From NCBI GenBank assembly GCA_016177875.1, contig JACOUL010000045.1, forward strand, positions 1,784-33,783: DNA of 32,000 nt, written 5' to 3'. How positions within the stretch are numbered: the first letter of the stretch is position 1; every line of letters starts with the position of its first letter. This stretch comes from Burkholderiales bacterium. Lineage in GTDB: Bacteria; Pseudomonadota; Gammaproteobacteria; Burkholderiales; Burkholderiaceae_D. Both the position numbers and the translations under genes were made by a program. The notes under the pieces are model-generated. The model was not told the DNA's origin, ran no database searches, and worked only from the letters and a program-made list of their open reading frames with translations. Positions 23,878 through 32,000 of the stretch are shown here, in pieces.

Positions 23878-25137
23878 ATGTTGAAAAATCTGCCGTTCGA
23901 GTGGCTAGTCGGTTTGCGCTATACGCGCGCCGGGCGGCGTAGCGGACGCAACAGTTTTATTTCCTTCATTTCACTGATTTCAATGGCAGGCATCGCACTG
24001 GGCGTCGCGGCTTTGATCGTTGTTTTGTCGGTGATGAATGGATTTCAAAAGGAAGTGCGCGACCGCATGCTGTCGGTTTTGTCGCATATTGAAGTATTCG
24101 ATGCGTCCGGCGCATTGCCTGATTGGCGCGAAACGGCCAAGGAAGCTTTCTTGAACAAGGAAGTGAAGGGGGCGGCCCCCTATGTCGCAGGCCAAGGCAT
24201 GATTACCCGCGACGACACGGTGCGCGGCGTGATCGTGCGCGGCGTGCTGCCGCAGGAAGAGCCGAAAGTATCTGAGGTGGCTGCGCAGGTACGCCAAGGT
24301 TCCTTCAACAACCTGGTGCCGGGCGAGTTCAATATCGTTCTCGGCGGCGAGTTGGCGCGCGCGATGAACGCCGCGATCGGCGATAAAGTCACGCTGATCG
24401 CTCCGCAAGGCCAGGTGACGCCGGCCGGCGTGATTCCGCGCTTGAAACAGTTCAATGTCGTCGGCATTTTCGAAGCGGGGCATTATGAATACGATTCGTC
24501 TCTGGCCTTCATTCATCTCGACGACGCGATGAAAATGTTCAAGCTTCCGGCGCCGTCGGGCCTGCGCCTGCGCATCGACGATATGCAGCGCGCGCCGCAA
24601 GTTGCGATGGAGCTGTCGCGCATCTTGACCGGCAATGTCTTGATCCGCGATTGGTCCAAGCAAAATCGCAACTGGTTCGCCGCCGTGCAAACCGAAAAGC
24701 GCATGATGTTCATCATCCTGACCTTGATCATCGCGGTGGCTGCTTTCAACCTGGTGTCGACCCTGGTGATGACGGTGACCGATAAGCAAGCGGATATCGC
24801 GATCCTGCGTACGCTCGGCGCATCGCCGCGCTCCATCATGAAAGTCTTTATGATTCAAGGAGCGATCGTCGGCTTGGTGGGTACGGCGATCGGTGTGACG
24901 CTCGGCGTGGCGGTGGCGCTGAATGTCGACGTGATCGTGCCCTTTATCGAACGCCTGCTGGGCATTCAATTCCTGCCGCGCGATATTTATCTGATCAGCG
25001 CCTTGCCGTCCGATTTGCGTTGGCCCGATGTATGGAGCATCGGCGGCGTCGCGGTGGTTTTGGCCTTCATCGCAACCTTGTACCCGAGCTGGTCGGCGGC
25101 GCGTGTCAAACCGGCGGAGGCATTGCGCTATGAGTGA
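23878..25137 (+). CDS. lolC: Lipoprotein-releasing ABC transporter permease, LolC/LolE family
   Basis: 419 aa. It shows the typical N-terminus [15 protein letters not shown], the MacB/FtsX-type topology, and a C-terminal FtsX domain ([16 protein letters not shown]). Confidence 0.88.
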   Translation: MLKNLPFEWLVGLRYTRAGRRSGRNSFISFISLISMAGIALGVAALIVVLSVMNGFQKEVRDRMLSVLSHIEVFDASGALPDWRETAKEAFLNKEVKGAAPYVAGQGMITRDDTVRGVIVRGVLPQEEPKVSEVAAQVRQGSFNNLVPGEFNIVLGGELARAMNAAIGDKVTLIAPQGQVTPAGVIPRLKQFNVVGIFEAGHYEYDSSLAFIHLDDAMKMFKLPAPSGLRLRIDDMQRAPQVAMELSRILTGNVLIRDWSKQNRNWFAAVQTEKRMMFIILTLIIAVAAFNLVSTLVMTVTDKQADIAILRTLGASPRSIMKVFMIQGAIVGLVGTAIGVTLGVAVALNVDVIVPFIERLLGIQFLPRDIYLISALPSDLRWPDVWSIGGVAVVLAFIATLYPSWSAARVKPAEALRYE

Positions 25138-25816
25138 TATTGTCTTAACTTGCCGCGGCCTCGGGAAAACCTATGTCCAGGGAAAATACGAAGTCGAGGT
25201 GTTCAAGGGGATCGACTTCGAATTGGTTCGGGGAGAACGCGTCGCGATCGTCGGCGCCTCCGGATCCGGTAAATCCACCTTGCTCCATTTGCTGGGCGGA
25301 CTCGATACGCCGACCAAGGGCAGCGTGACGCTGCTGGGACGCGACTTCGTCAACTTGAATGAAAAGACGCGCGGTGACGTGCGCAATGAATCGCTCGGGT
25401 TCGTCTACCAATTCCACCACCTGTTGCCCGAATTCTCCGCGCTCGATAACGTCGCCATGCCATTGATGATACGGCGAACCAAGCGCGAAGCGGCGCATGA
25501 AACGGCGCAAGCCATGCTCGCTCGTGTCGGTTTGGCCAATCGAGTAACGCATACGCCGGGCGAGTTATCCGGCGGCGAGCGGCAGCGCGTGGCGCTTGCG
25601 CGCGCCTTGGTTACCAAGCCCGCTTGCGTGTTGGCGGATGAGCCGACCGGAAATCTCGATCGGCCCACCGCGCACAAGACCTTCGACCTGATGCTGGAAT
25701 TGTCGCGCACGCTCGGAACGGCCTTCGTTATCGTGACGCATGACATTGAACTGGCGCGCCATTGCGACCGCATCCTGCGCTTGTCGGAAAGCGGTTTACA
25801 ACCCTATGTGGATTGA
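25130..25816 (+). CDS. lolD: Lipoprotein-releasing ABC transporter ATP-binding protein
   Basis: 228 aa from ATG 25130, overlapping the lolC end. Walker A is GASGSGKST, the signature is LSGGERQR and Walker B is [11 protein letters not shown]. Confidence 0.92.
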   Translation: MSDIVLTCRGLGKTYVQGKYEVEVFKGIDFELVRGERVAIVGASGSGKSTLLHLLGGLDTPTKGSVTLLGRDFVNLNEKTRGDVRNESLGFVYQFHHLLPEFSALDNVAMPLMIRRTKREAAHETAQAMLARVGLANRVTHTPGELSGGERQRVALARALVTKPACVLADEPTGNLDRPTAHKTFDLMLELSRTLGTAFVIVTHDIELARHCDRILRLSESGLQPYVD

Positions 25817-26603
25817 CACGCACTGCCATCTCGACGCGGCGGAATTCGCCGGAGAGGAAGGGGACGTGGCTGCGGAAGCGGCGCAGCAGGGCGTGGAGAT
25901 GATCGTCATTCCGGCGGTCGCCGCATCGAATTTTGAAAGAGTCGCGCAGTTGGCGCAGCAATTGCCGAACTGCGCCTATGCGCTCGGCATTCATCCCATC
26001 TTTATTCCGCAAGCGCAAGAATGTGATCTTGCGGCGCTGCGCAGTGCCGTCAATGCAGCGATGACCGATTCACGTTTTGTCGGCATAGGCGAAATCGGTT
26101 TGGATTTCTTCGTGCCCGGTCTCAAAACGCAGGCGATGCGCGACAAACAAGAATTTTTTTACAGCGAACAATTAAAGATCGCCCGCGATTTCGATTTGCC
26201 CGTGTTGCTTCATGTACGGCGCTCGGTCGATATCATCCTGAAATATTTGCGGCGAATTGACCTGTCCGCCGGCATCGCGCATGCTTTTAACGGCAGCTTT
26301 CAGCAAGCGGAAGAATTCATCAAGCGCGGCTTCAAGCTGGGTTTCGGCGGCGCGATGACATTCACACGCGCTTTGCAAATCCGGCGTTTGGCCGCTGAGT
26401 TGCCGCTGGAATCCATTGTCCTGGAAACCGATGCGCCGGATATTTCGCCGGTGTGGGTACATCCCGGCCGCAACAGTCCCGACCAATTGCCGCGTATCGG
26501 CGCAGTCTTAGCCGAACTGCGCGGCCAGTCTTTGCAGCATATTGCGCAAGCGACTGCGGATAGTGCACTTGCCGTTCTCCCGCGTTTGGCGTCATTGTCT
26601 TAA
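25806..26603 (+). CDS. TatD-family metal-dependent hydrolase/DNase
   Basis: 265 aa from ATG 25806 ([10 protein letters not shown]), with GEIGLDF, LHVR and ETDAP motifs. It overlaps the lolD end. Confidence 0.85.
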   Translation: MWIDTHCHLDAAEFAGEEGDVAAEAAQQGVEMIVIPAVAASNFERVAQLAQQLPNCAYALGIHPIFIPQAQECDLAALRSAVNAAMTDSRFVGIGEIGLDFFVPGLKTQAMRDKQEFFYSEQLKIARDFDLPVLLHVRRSVDIILKYLRRIDLSAGIAHAFNGSFQQAEEFIKRGFKLGFGGAMTFTRALQIRRLAAELPLESIVLETDAPDISPVWVHPGRNSPDQLPRIGAVLAELRGQSLQHIAQATADSALAVLPRLASLS

Positions 26604-29035
26604 TGCGCAGCGCAATCCTGGGATTTGTCATCGGTACGGCGCTACTGCAAATGCAGGCAGCCTTGCCTTCGCTGGTTTTTATGGGGTTGCTGGTGGCATG
26701 TGCATTGTTGCCGCCGGTGGTGAGCAAGTTTATTCCCGCATTTACAAAGTTTTCCTTGGCACGGTACACCATGTTTATGGTGTGCGGCGCGGCGGCCGGT
26801 TTTGCGTGGGCAGCGGCGCTGGCGCATACAGCGTTGAGGGAGGAGCTTCCATCCCGCTGGGAAGGCCGCGACCTAACGATCATTGGCACGATCGATAGCT
26901 TGCCGCATCGTTTTGAACAAGGTGTTCGCTTCAATTTTGCGGTCGAGCGGGCACTTCCCGTAGAAAATGACAAGCCTGTCGTACCGACACGACTTGCGCT
27001 TTCCTGGTACGACGGTTTTCGCGGCGATGAGTCAAGTGCGGTCGGCGACGTGCAGCCGGGCGAGCGCTGGCAACTGACGGTGCGTCTGCGTCGGCCCCAC
27101 GGCAATGCCAATCCTTACGGATTCGATTACGAAGTTTGGCTGCTTGAGCAAGGTCTGCGCGCAACGGGCTACGTTCGTCCGGCGGAGAAGGCAGGTTCCG
27201 GTAATCGACGCCTGGATGCCTTCGTTTTGAGCGCCGGGAGCGTCATCGAACGCAGTCGCGCATGGCTAAGAGCGCGTATTCTTGCCGCCTTGCCCGATCG
27301 GCCGTATGCAGGCGTCATCGTCGCGCTGGTGGTGGGCGACCAGCGCGCAGTCGACCAGTCGGATTGGAAAGTATTTAACCGGACTGGCGTCAGCCACTTG
27401 ATTTCCATCTCCGGCCTGCATATCACCATGGTCGCCGGTTTGTTTGCCGCCGCCATTTTTGCCTTATGGCGGCGATCGTTTTTCACCCATATGCAATTGC
27501 CTTTGCTGTTGCCTGCGCAAAAAGCGGCAGCATTGGCTGGTGCGGCGATGGCTTTGGCATATGCATTGCTGGCAGGTTTTGGGGTGCCGGCGCAGCGGAC
27601 TTTGTACATGCTCACCGTGGTCGCGATTGCACTTTGGTCCGATCGTCTTGCCGGCGTATCGCATATTCTGTGCTTTGCCCTAGGCTTAGTTGTACTGCTC
27701 GATCCTTGGGCGGTATTGCAGCCGGGATTTTGGCTTTCGTTCGGCGCGGTGGCGGTGATCTTGTATGCGACTGTTGGACGCTCGCGCATGAGGCGGCAGG
27801 CGGCTCCCGTTACGCACGGTTGGCTGGCGACACTGAAGTCCGCCAGCCATGTGCAATACGCGGTCACGGTCGGGCTGGTGCCGCTCACCATGCTGCTGTT
27901 TGCGCAGGCATCATTGGTTAGTCCCATTGCCAATGCGATAGCGATACCCTTGGTGAGTTTTCTGGTGACCCCGTTGGCCTTAGCGGGAAGCGTTTTGCCT
28001 AATCCCTTGTCCGGCTGGATTTTGCAGCTCGCGCATAGTCTGATTACGCAACTTGCCGTTTTTCTCGAATGGTTAAGCGCTTTGCCATGGTCTGTGTGGT
28101 CGGCGCCGGTACCGGCTTGGTGGATGTTCGCCGGTGCGATGGCAGGTACCATTTGGATGTTGGCGCCGCGCGGCTTGCCTTTGCGCTGGCTCGGAACGTT
28201 GGGTTGGCTTCCGCTGATATTGAACGCGCCGGCTGCGCCGCGTGAGGGCGAGATGTGGATGACCGCTTTCGATGTCGGACAGGGCATGGCATTGCTGGTG
28301 GAGACTTCCCATCATCGTTTGCTGTATGACACCGGACCATACTATTCACCGGAGTCGGACGGCGGCAATCGCGTCATCCTGCCTTACCTGAAAGCGCGCG
28401 GCATTTCCGGTTTGGATGGCATCGTCGTCTCGCATAATGACAACGACCATTCCGGCGGCGCTTTATCGATTTTCGATGAAATGCGTGTAGGTTGGACGGC
28501 TTCATCGCTTGCATTTGAAAGCGCCATCGTGCGTGCCGCACCGAACCATCGGCGCTGCATAGCAGGACAATCCTGGAGCTGGGACGGCGTGCGCTTCGAG
28601 ATGCTGCATCCGACTGCCGTCAGCTACGACAGCACCAAATGGAAACCCAATGCGCGCAGCTGTACGTTGAAGATTAGCCAGGGCGGACATTCCATCCTGC
28701 TGGCCGGCGATATCGAAGCGGTACAAGAAGATGAACTGATCGGCAGCCAAGGGAATAACTTGCAAGCCACGGTTTTGCTGGCGCCGCATCACGGCAGCGG
28801 CACTTCCTCCACCGAAGCATTTCTGAAAATGGTGAAGCCCGAGCTGGCGCTATTCCAGGTCGGCTATCGCAACCGATTCCGTCATCCCAAGCAGGAAGTG
28901 TACGAACGCTACGGCAATCTCGGCATCCGGCGCTTGCGCAGCGACGAATCGGGAGCGATCGAACTACGGTTTGGTACGTCGGTCAGCAGCACAGAGTACC
29001 GCAAGACGCATGCGCGCTACTGGTACAGCAAGTAG
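26603..29035 (+). CDS. comEC: DNA internalisation-related competence protein ComEC/Rec2
   Basis: 810 aa. It has a multi-TM competence domain (GVSHLISISGLHI) and a C-terminal metallo-beta-lactamase domain (FDVGQGMA, SHNDNDHSGG, LLAPHHGS). Its ATG overlaps the tatD-family stop. Confidence 0.88.
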   Translation: MRSAILGFVIGTALLQMQAALPSLVFMGLLVACALLPPVVSKFIPAFTKFSLARYTMFMVCGAAAGFAWAAALAHTALREELPSRWEGRDLTIIGTIDSLPHRFEQGVRFNFAVERALPVENDKPVVPTRLALSWYDGFRGDESSAVGDVQPGERWQLTVRLRRPHGNANPYGFDYEVWLLEQGLRATGYVRPAEKAGSGNRRLDAFVLSAGSVIERSRAWLRARILAALPDRPYAGVIVALVVGDQRAVDQSDWKVFNRTGVSHLISISGLHITMVAGLFAAAIFALWRRSFFTHMQLPLLLPAQKAAALAGAAMALAYALLAGFGVPAQRTLYMLTVVAIALWSDRLAGVSHILCFALGLVVLLDPWAVLQPGFWLSFGAVAVILYATVGRSRMRRQAAPVTHGWLATLKSASHVQYAVTVGLVPLTMLLFAQASLVSPIANAIAIPLVSFLVTPLALAGSVLPNPLSGWILQLAHSLITQLAVFLEWLSALPWSVWSAPVPAWWMFAGAMAGTIWMLAPRGLPLRWLGTLGWLPLILNAPAAPREGEMWMTAFDVGQGMALLVETSHHRLLYDTGPYYSPESDGGNRVILPYLKARGISGLDGIVVSHNDNDHSGGALSIFDEMRVGWTASSLAFESAIVRAAPNHRRCIAGQSWSWDGVRFEMLHPTAVSYDSTKWKPNARSCTLKISQGGHSILLAGDIEAVQEDELIGSQGNNLQATVLLAPHHGSGTSSTEAFLKMVKPELALFQVGYRNRFRHPKQEVYERYGNLGIRRLRSDESGAIELRFGTSVSSTEYRKTHARYWYSK

Positions 29036-29039
29036 AGAT

Positions 29040-29501
29040 TTAGTTGGAAGCCTCGATATCCACCACCACCACCGCGTCGTAGCGCTGCCAGCGCAGATGG
29101 ATGGCGAACGGCCGAGCGCGTGTGCCGATCTTGATCTGCTGTGTCGTGCCGCGCACGGTGACGGGCACGGAGATTTCCAGCGAGCTGCCGAAATGGCGGC
29201 GCGCGTTTCCGGAAATCGTATTGGCCACTTCGCCTACCGCATCGAGCAGGTTGTCCTCGCATGTGTCCGGCTCTTGTAGCTTGATCAAGAGTTCGCGCAC
29301 CAAGAGGCGCGGCGCCGAAAAATAAATGCATCCCCTAAAACGTCCGGATAAGGTAATCAGGCCGGTATAGTCGAAGTAAGGCATGGCCGACTCGGCAAGG
29401 TAGGAGGAGCGGATCGTCGCCGGCTCTTTCGTCAGATGCGAAAAATAATGCGTGACGGCGTCGATAAAAATCTTGAGTTCTGTCTCGTTGAGATTTGTCA
29501 T
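29040..29501 (-). CDS. CheX/CheC-like CheY-P phosphatase
   Basis: 153 aa from ATG 29501 (MTNLNETELK). It has a D-x3-E-x2-N motif (DAVGEVAN) followed by a Pro about 19 residues later. It lies immediately downstream of cheY. Confidence 0.65.
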   Translation of the reverse strand: MTNLNETELKIFIDAVTHYFSHLTKEPATIRSSYLAESAMPYFDYTGLITLSGRFRGCIYFSAPRLLVRELLIKLQEPDTCEDNLLDAVGEVANTISGNARRHFGSSLEISVPVTVRGTTQQIKIGTRARPFAIHLRWQRYDAVVVVDIEASN

Positions 29502-29517
29502 TTTAAATTTGTCACTT

Positions 29518-29883
29518 TTAGCTTGCCACTTCCAACAATGCGTCGACCAATTGATCATCCGAAAAAGGCTTGTGCAAAAATCCGCGCGCTCCTTTTTTCA
29601 GGGCTGAAATCGCGGTCGCTTTATCGCTCAAGGCGGATACCACCAGGATATTGATGGAGGCATTGCTGCCCATCAGGTTTTCGATGCAGGCAATGCCGTC
29701 CATTTCCGGCATGGTCAAATCCATGGTCACCACATCGGGCGAATTGCGCCGGCAAAGATCGACGGCTTCCATGCCGTTGCGCGCCAGGCCGACCACGGAA
29801 AGATTGCGCAAGCGCGGATGGAGCGCGATGCGGGCGATACGCGAGCGGATGATGTTCGAGTCATCGACGATGAGCAACTTCAT
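29518..29883 (-). CDS. cheY: CheY-like single-domain response regulator
   Basis: 121 aa with LLIVDDS, VVTMDLTMPEMDG, LVVSA and FLHKPF. It lies 6 nt downstream of the kinase's stop. Confidence 0.85.
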   Translation of the reverse strand: MKLLIVDDSNIIRSRIARIALHPRLRNLSVVGLARNGMEAVDLCRRNSPDVVTMDLTMPEMDGIACIENLMGSNASINILVVSALSDKATAISALKKGARGFLHKPFSDDQLVDALLEVAS

Positions 29884-29889
29884 AGAGCC

Positions 29890-31953
29890 TTATGCGGAAA
29901 AAAGAATGCTGAACTGCGTAAATGCATTGGCTTGCGACGAGATGCGCAGCCGCGCGCCCAGTTGCTGGATTCTTTGCTTGACCACATCCATGCCGACGCC
30001 ATGGCCGGCGTCGCGGCTGACTTGGCCTGCGGTCGAAAAGCCCGGCTCGAAAATCTTGAGCACCAGCTGGCGTTCATCCAGTTCGTTCAATTGCGTTTCG
30101 GTATAGCGGCCGGAACGCAGCAGTTCGGCGCGAATCCGCTTGGGATCCAGCCCGCGGCCGTCGTCGCGCAGCATCAATTCGTATTCGCCCGCTTGTCCCG
30201 GCTTCAATGCGACGTAGATATTGCCGGAGGGCGGCTTGGCGCGCCCTTCGCGTTCCTTCGCCGGCTCAATGCCGTGGGCGACGGCATTGCGCAACAGCTG
30301 CACCATGATGTCTTTTAATTGGATGGACGTGTCTTGCGGGAGCGAGGTCAGCAATTCGAGGTCGGCCACGATTTTCACTTCTTTGCCGTGGTCTTGTGCG
30401 ACACGCTGTGCCAGCCGGGACAGATTGTCGGCAAATGCTTGGCCGTTTTCCCCTGAACTGAATGCATCATGATAGGCCGCTAGGCGCCTGACCAAATCGC
30501 GCACCATGCCGATACGCTGCAAAAACTCTTCCAGCGGGAAAGGCAGGGCGAGCAGATCTTCGCCGTTGATGCCGCCTTTTTCACGCAAGCTATTGAGCAT
30601 GGTCTCGAATTTCTGCGCCAGGTCTTCGAACATTTCCAGTCCCAGCGTGGCGGCCTCGCCTTTGACGGCGTGGATCAGGCGGAAGATGGTGTTGACGGTG
30701 CGGCGATAATCGAGTGCGCCCCCGGCCATACGCAGATGCTCATTGATTTCCAGTAGTGCCGTTTCGGCATTCTTGAGGAACATCTCCAGCGTGGATGGAT
30801 TGATCTGCAAGAGATCGAGCATGATTTCCATCTCCGCTTTGGCTTTCGCCTTGGCATCCGCCAATGCGCGCTTAAGCTCGACTTGCGTGGTGACGTCGAA
30901 TACGGTCACCAGCAGGTGCGATATTTTTCCGTCTTCAACGACCCGATTGAATTGCATGGTCAGGAAGCGCCGCACCGGCGCGCCATTGGTATCGATGGCG
31001 CTGACCTCGATTTCGTTCAAGGGATTCAAGTCACCCACCAGCGATTCCTTGACATGGGCACCGAACAGCAGGCCGACGTAGTCGCAGGCGAGCGCAGCCG
31101 ATGAGGCCGGCACCATTTCTTGCAGCAGCGCCTTGAAGTCGGCGCCGGCCGTGATCTTTCTTCCTAAGACTTGCGGCAGCGAATCGGAAAATTGCGAGCC
31201 GATGCGGAATTGCGCATCAAGCAGGAATAGACCTTCCTTGACGGTGCCGAGAATTTCGGCCGTTTCTTTTTGTGCGGACTCGACCTTGCGGTCGTTCTCG
31301 CGCAGACGGCGAATGAACTTGAATAAGATGAAAGCGAAGTTCAGCAATGCCAGCAGGATGCCGCCGGTCTGCACTTTACGCAGGGTATCGGCCTTGGCGT
31401 TGGCTGTTTTTTCCAGATCGGTGGTGAGCCTATTCATCAGTGCCAGCAGCTTCAAGTTGTTGGCGTGCGCATAGCGGTCGGCTGCGTCGAACTGCTCAGG
31501 CGTGACGGTGGCGCTCGCGTAAATAGGCGTCAGCAATCGCTTGTACGGTTGCCAGACGGCGTTTGCGTCAGCGAGAATGGCGCGGCCCTGCTCGCTTTCG
31601 ACTGCCGGTAGGAAGACCTGTTTGTCGTCGCCGCCGGTTACCGTGGCTCCGCGCTGAAAACCGATCAGCGTGGTGTCGAATAGTTCGACGGTTTTCTTGA
31701 TCTCCGCCAGGGCGTCGTTGCTCGGCAAGCCGCGCTGAACATTATTCTCGGCCGTCAGTAGGGCTTTGGTCATGCGCTGCGAAAGCATGCGTTGGCGGCC
31801 TGCAAGGTTGATGGCAAGCGCATCTTCGGAGATTTGGAAGGAAATATAAAAGTTCAGTACGAGTACGGCCAGGTCAAACACAAGAAAAAAAGCGACCGCC
31901 AAAATGATTTCGCGGTATTTGCCGAAATAAGAATTCCGATTCGCTGGCTTCAT
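29890..31953 (-). CDS. Membrane-anchored CheA-like histidine kinase (TM, PilJ/NarX-type periplasmic sensor, TM, PAS-like region, Hpt, CheA-type HATPase; no CheW/P5 domain)
   Basis: 687 aa. The N-terminal TM is followed by INLAGRQRMLSQRMTK, a PilJ/NIT-like P-box, and a second TM (GGILLALLNFAFILF). The Hpt has IHAVKGEAATLG. The CheA-type N, G1, F and G2 boxes are LLRNAVAHGIE, DDGRGL, IFEPGFST and GHGVGMDVV. The ORF ends right after the ATPase domain. Confidence 0.8.
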   Translation of the reverse strand: MKPANRNSYFGKYREIILAVAFFLVFDLAVLVLNFYISFQISEDALAINLAGRQRMLSQRMTKALLTAENNVQRGLPSNDALAEIKKTVELFDTTLIGFQRGATVTGGDDKQVFLPAVESEQGRAILADANAVWQPYKRLLTPIYASATVTPEQFDAADRYAHANNLKLLALMNRLTTDLEKTANAKADTLRKVQTGGILLALLNFAFILFKFIRRLRENDRKVESAQKETAEILGTVKEGLFLLDAQFRIGSQFSDSLPQVLGRKITAGADFKALLQEMVPASSAALACDYVGLLFGAHVKESLVGDLNPLNEIEVSAIDTNGAPVRRFLTMQFNRVVEDGKISHLLVTVFDVTTQVELKRALADAKAKAKAEMEIMLDLLQINPSTLEMFLKNAETALLEINEHLRMAGGALDYRRTVNTIFRLIHAVKGEAATLGLEMFEDLAQKFETMLNSLREKGGINGEDLLALPFPLEEFLQRIGMVRDLVRRLAAYHDAFSSGENGQAFADNLSRLAQRVAQDHGKEVKIVADLELLTSLPQDTSIQLKDIMVQLLRNAVAHGIEPAKEREGRAKPPSGNIYVALKPGQAGEYELMLRDDGRGLDPKRIRAELLRSGRYTETQLNELDERQLVLKIFEPGFSTAGQVSRDAGHGVGMDVVKQRIQQLGARLRISSQANAFTQFSILFSA

Positions 31954-32000
31954 TCAGTGCCCTTCATTATTGTTGCGTGCATGGAGAACCCGTCGTTCGT

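Noticed and set aside
23980-24969. A 329-aa minus-strand ORF inside lolC. A 372-aa minus-strand ORF lies at 27169-28287 inside comEC, and a 249-aa ORF at 26362-27111.
   Set aside because: They are antisense shadow ORFs opposite well-supported genes, with Arg/His/Ala-rich translations.
25028-25805. ORF-track upstream extensions of lolD (25028-25129) and the tatD-family gene (25740-25805). The recJ-linked gene is similarly extended (23808-23879).
   Set aside because: The extensions overlap the preceding genes and are Arg/Cys-rich junk. The conserved N-termini ([31 protein letters not shown]) begin at internal ATGs.
1-32000. A scan for CRISPR arrays, tandem repeats, tRNA/rRNA genes and IS elements.
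   Set aside because: No regularly spaced repeats, cloverleaf-like segments or transposase-like ORFs were seen. The intergenic regions are short, the longest being about 290 bp at 16971-17262.

Overview
This 32-kb chromosomal window looks beta-proteobacterial (Burkholderiales/Oxalobacteraceae-like), inferred only from gene content and synteny. No tRNA, rRNA, CRISPR array, transposase or integrase was recognised by eye. All calls come from reading motifs in the supplied translations and the DNA; no searches were run.

Housekeeping backbone:
- lysS and prfB on the minus strand. prfB carries the classical programmed +1 frameshift, which the ORF track splits.
- recJ on the minus strand.
- lolC/E-lolD-tatD-comEC on the plus strand.

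Left 7.3 kb: a dense c-di-GMP/phosphorelay cluster.
- Plus strand: an HDOD protein, a REC + degenerate HD-GYP regulator, a REC protein, a small Cys4 protein and a CheY-like REC.
- Convergent minus strand: an intact HD-GYP protein followed by a PAS-PAS hybrid histidine kinase with an Hpt domain.

Main finding: the conserved recJ-prfB-lysS neighbourhood is interrupted by about 10 kb of accessory DNA (10984-21075) made of two divergent modules.
- Module a (11048-16970, minus strand) is a translationally coupled four-gene cassette. It encodes an orphan Ala-rich protein, a Clp/Hsp100-D2-type AAA+ ATPase, an NrdG/PflA-type radical-SAM activase-like protein, and a zinc-ribbon Ser/Thr kinase with a C-terminal membrane anchor. 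I cannot match this combination to any characterised pathway or named defence system, so it is the best candidate for a novel system.
- Module b (17263-21060, plus strand) is a methyltransferase / polytopic histidine kinase / atypical response regulator trio. It resembles the Ralstonia phcBSR quorum-sensing operon.

Right end: a compact chemotaxis-like module made of a membrane-anchored CheA-like kinase without a CheW domain, a CheY and a CheX.
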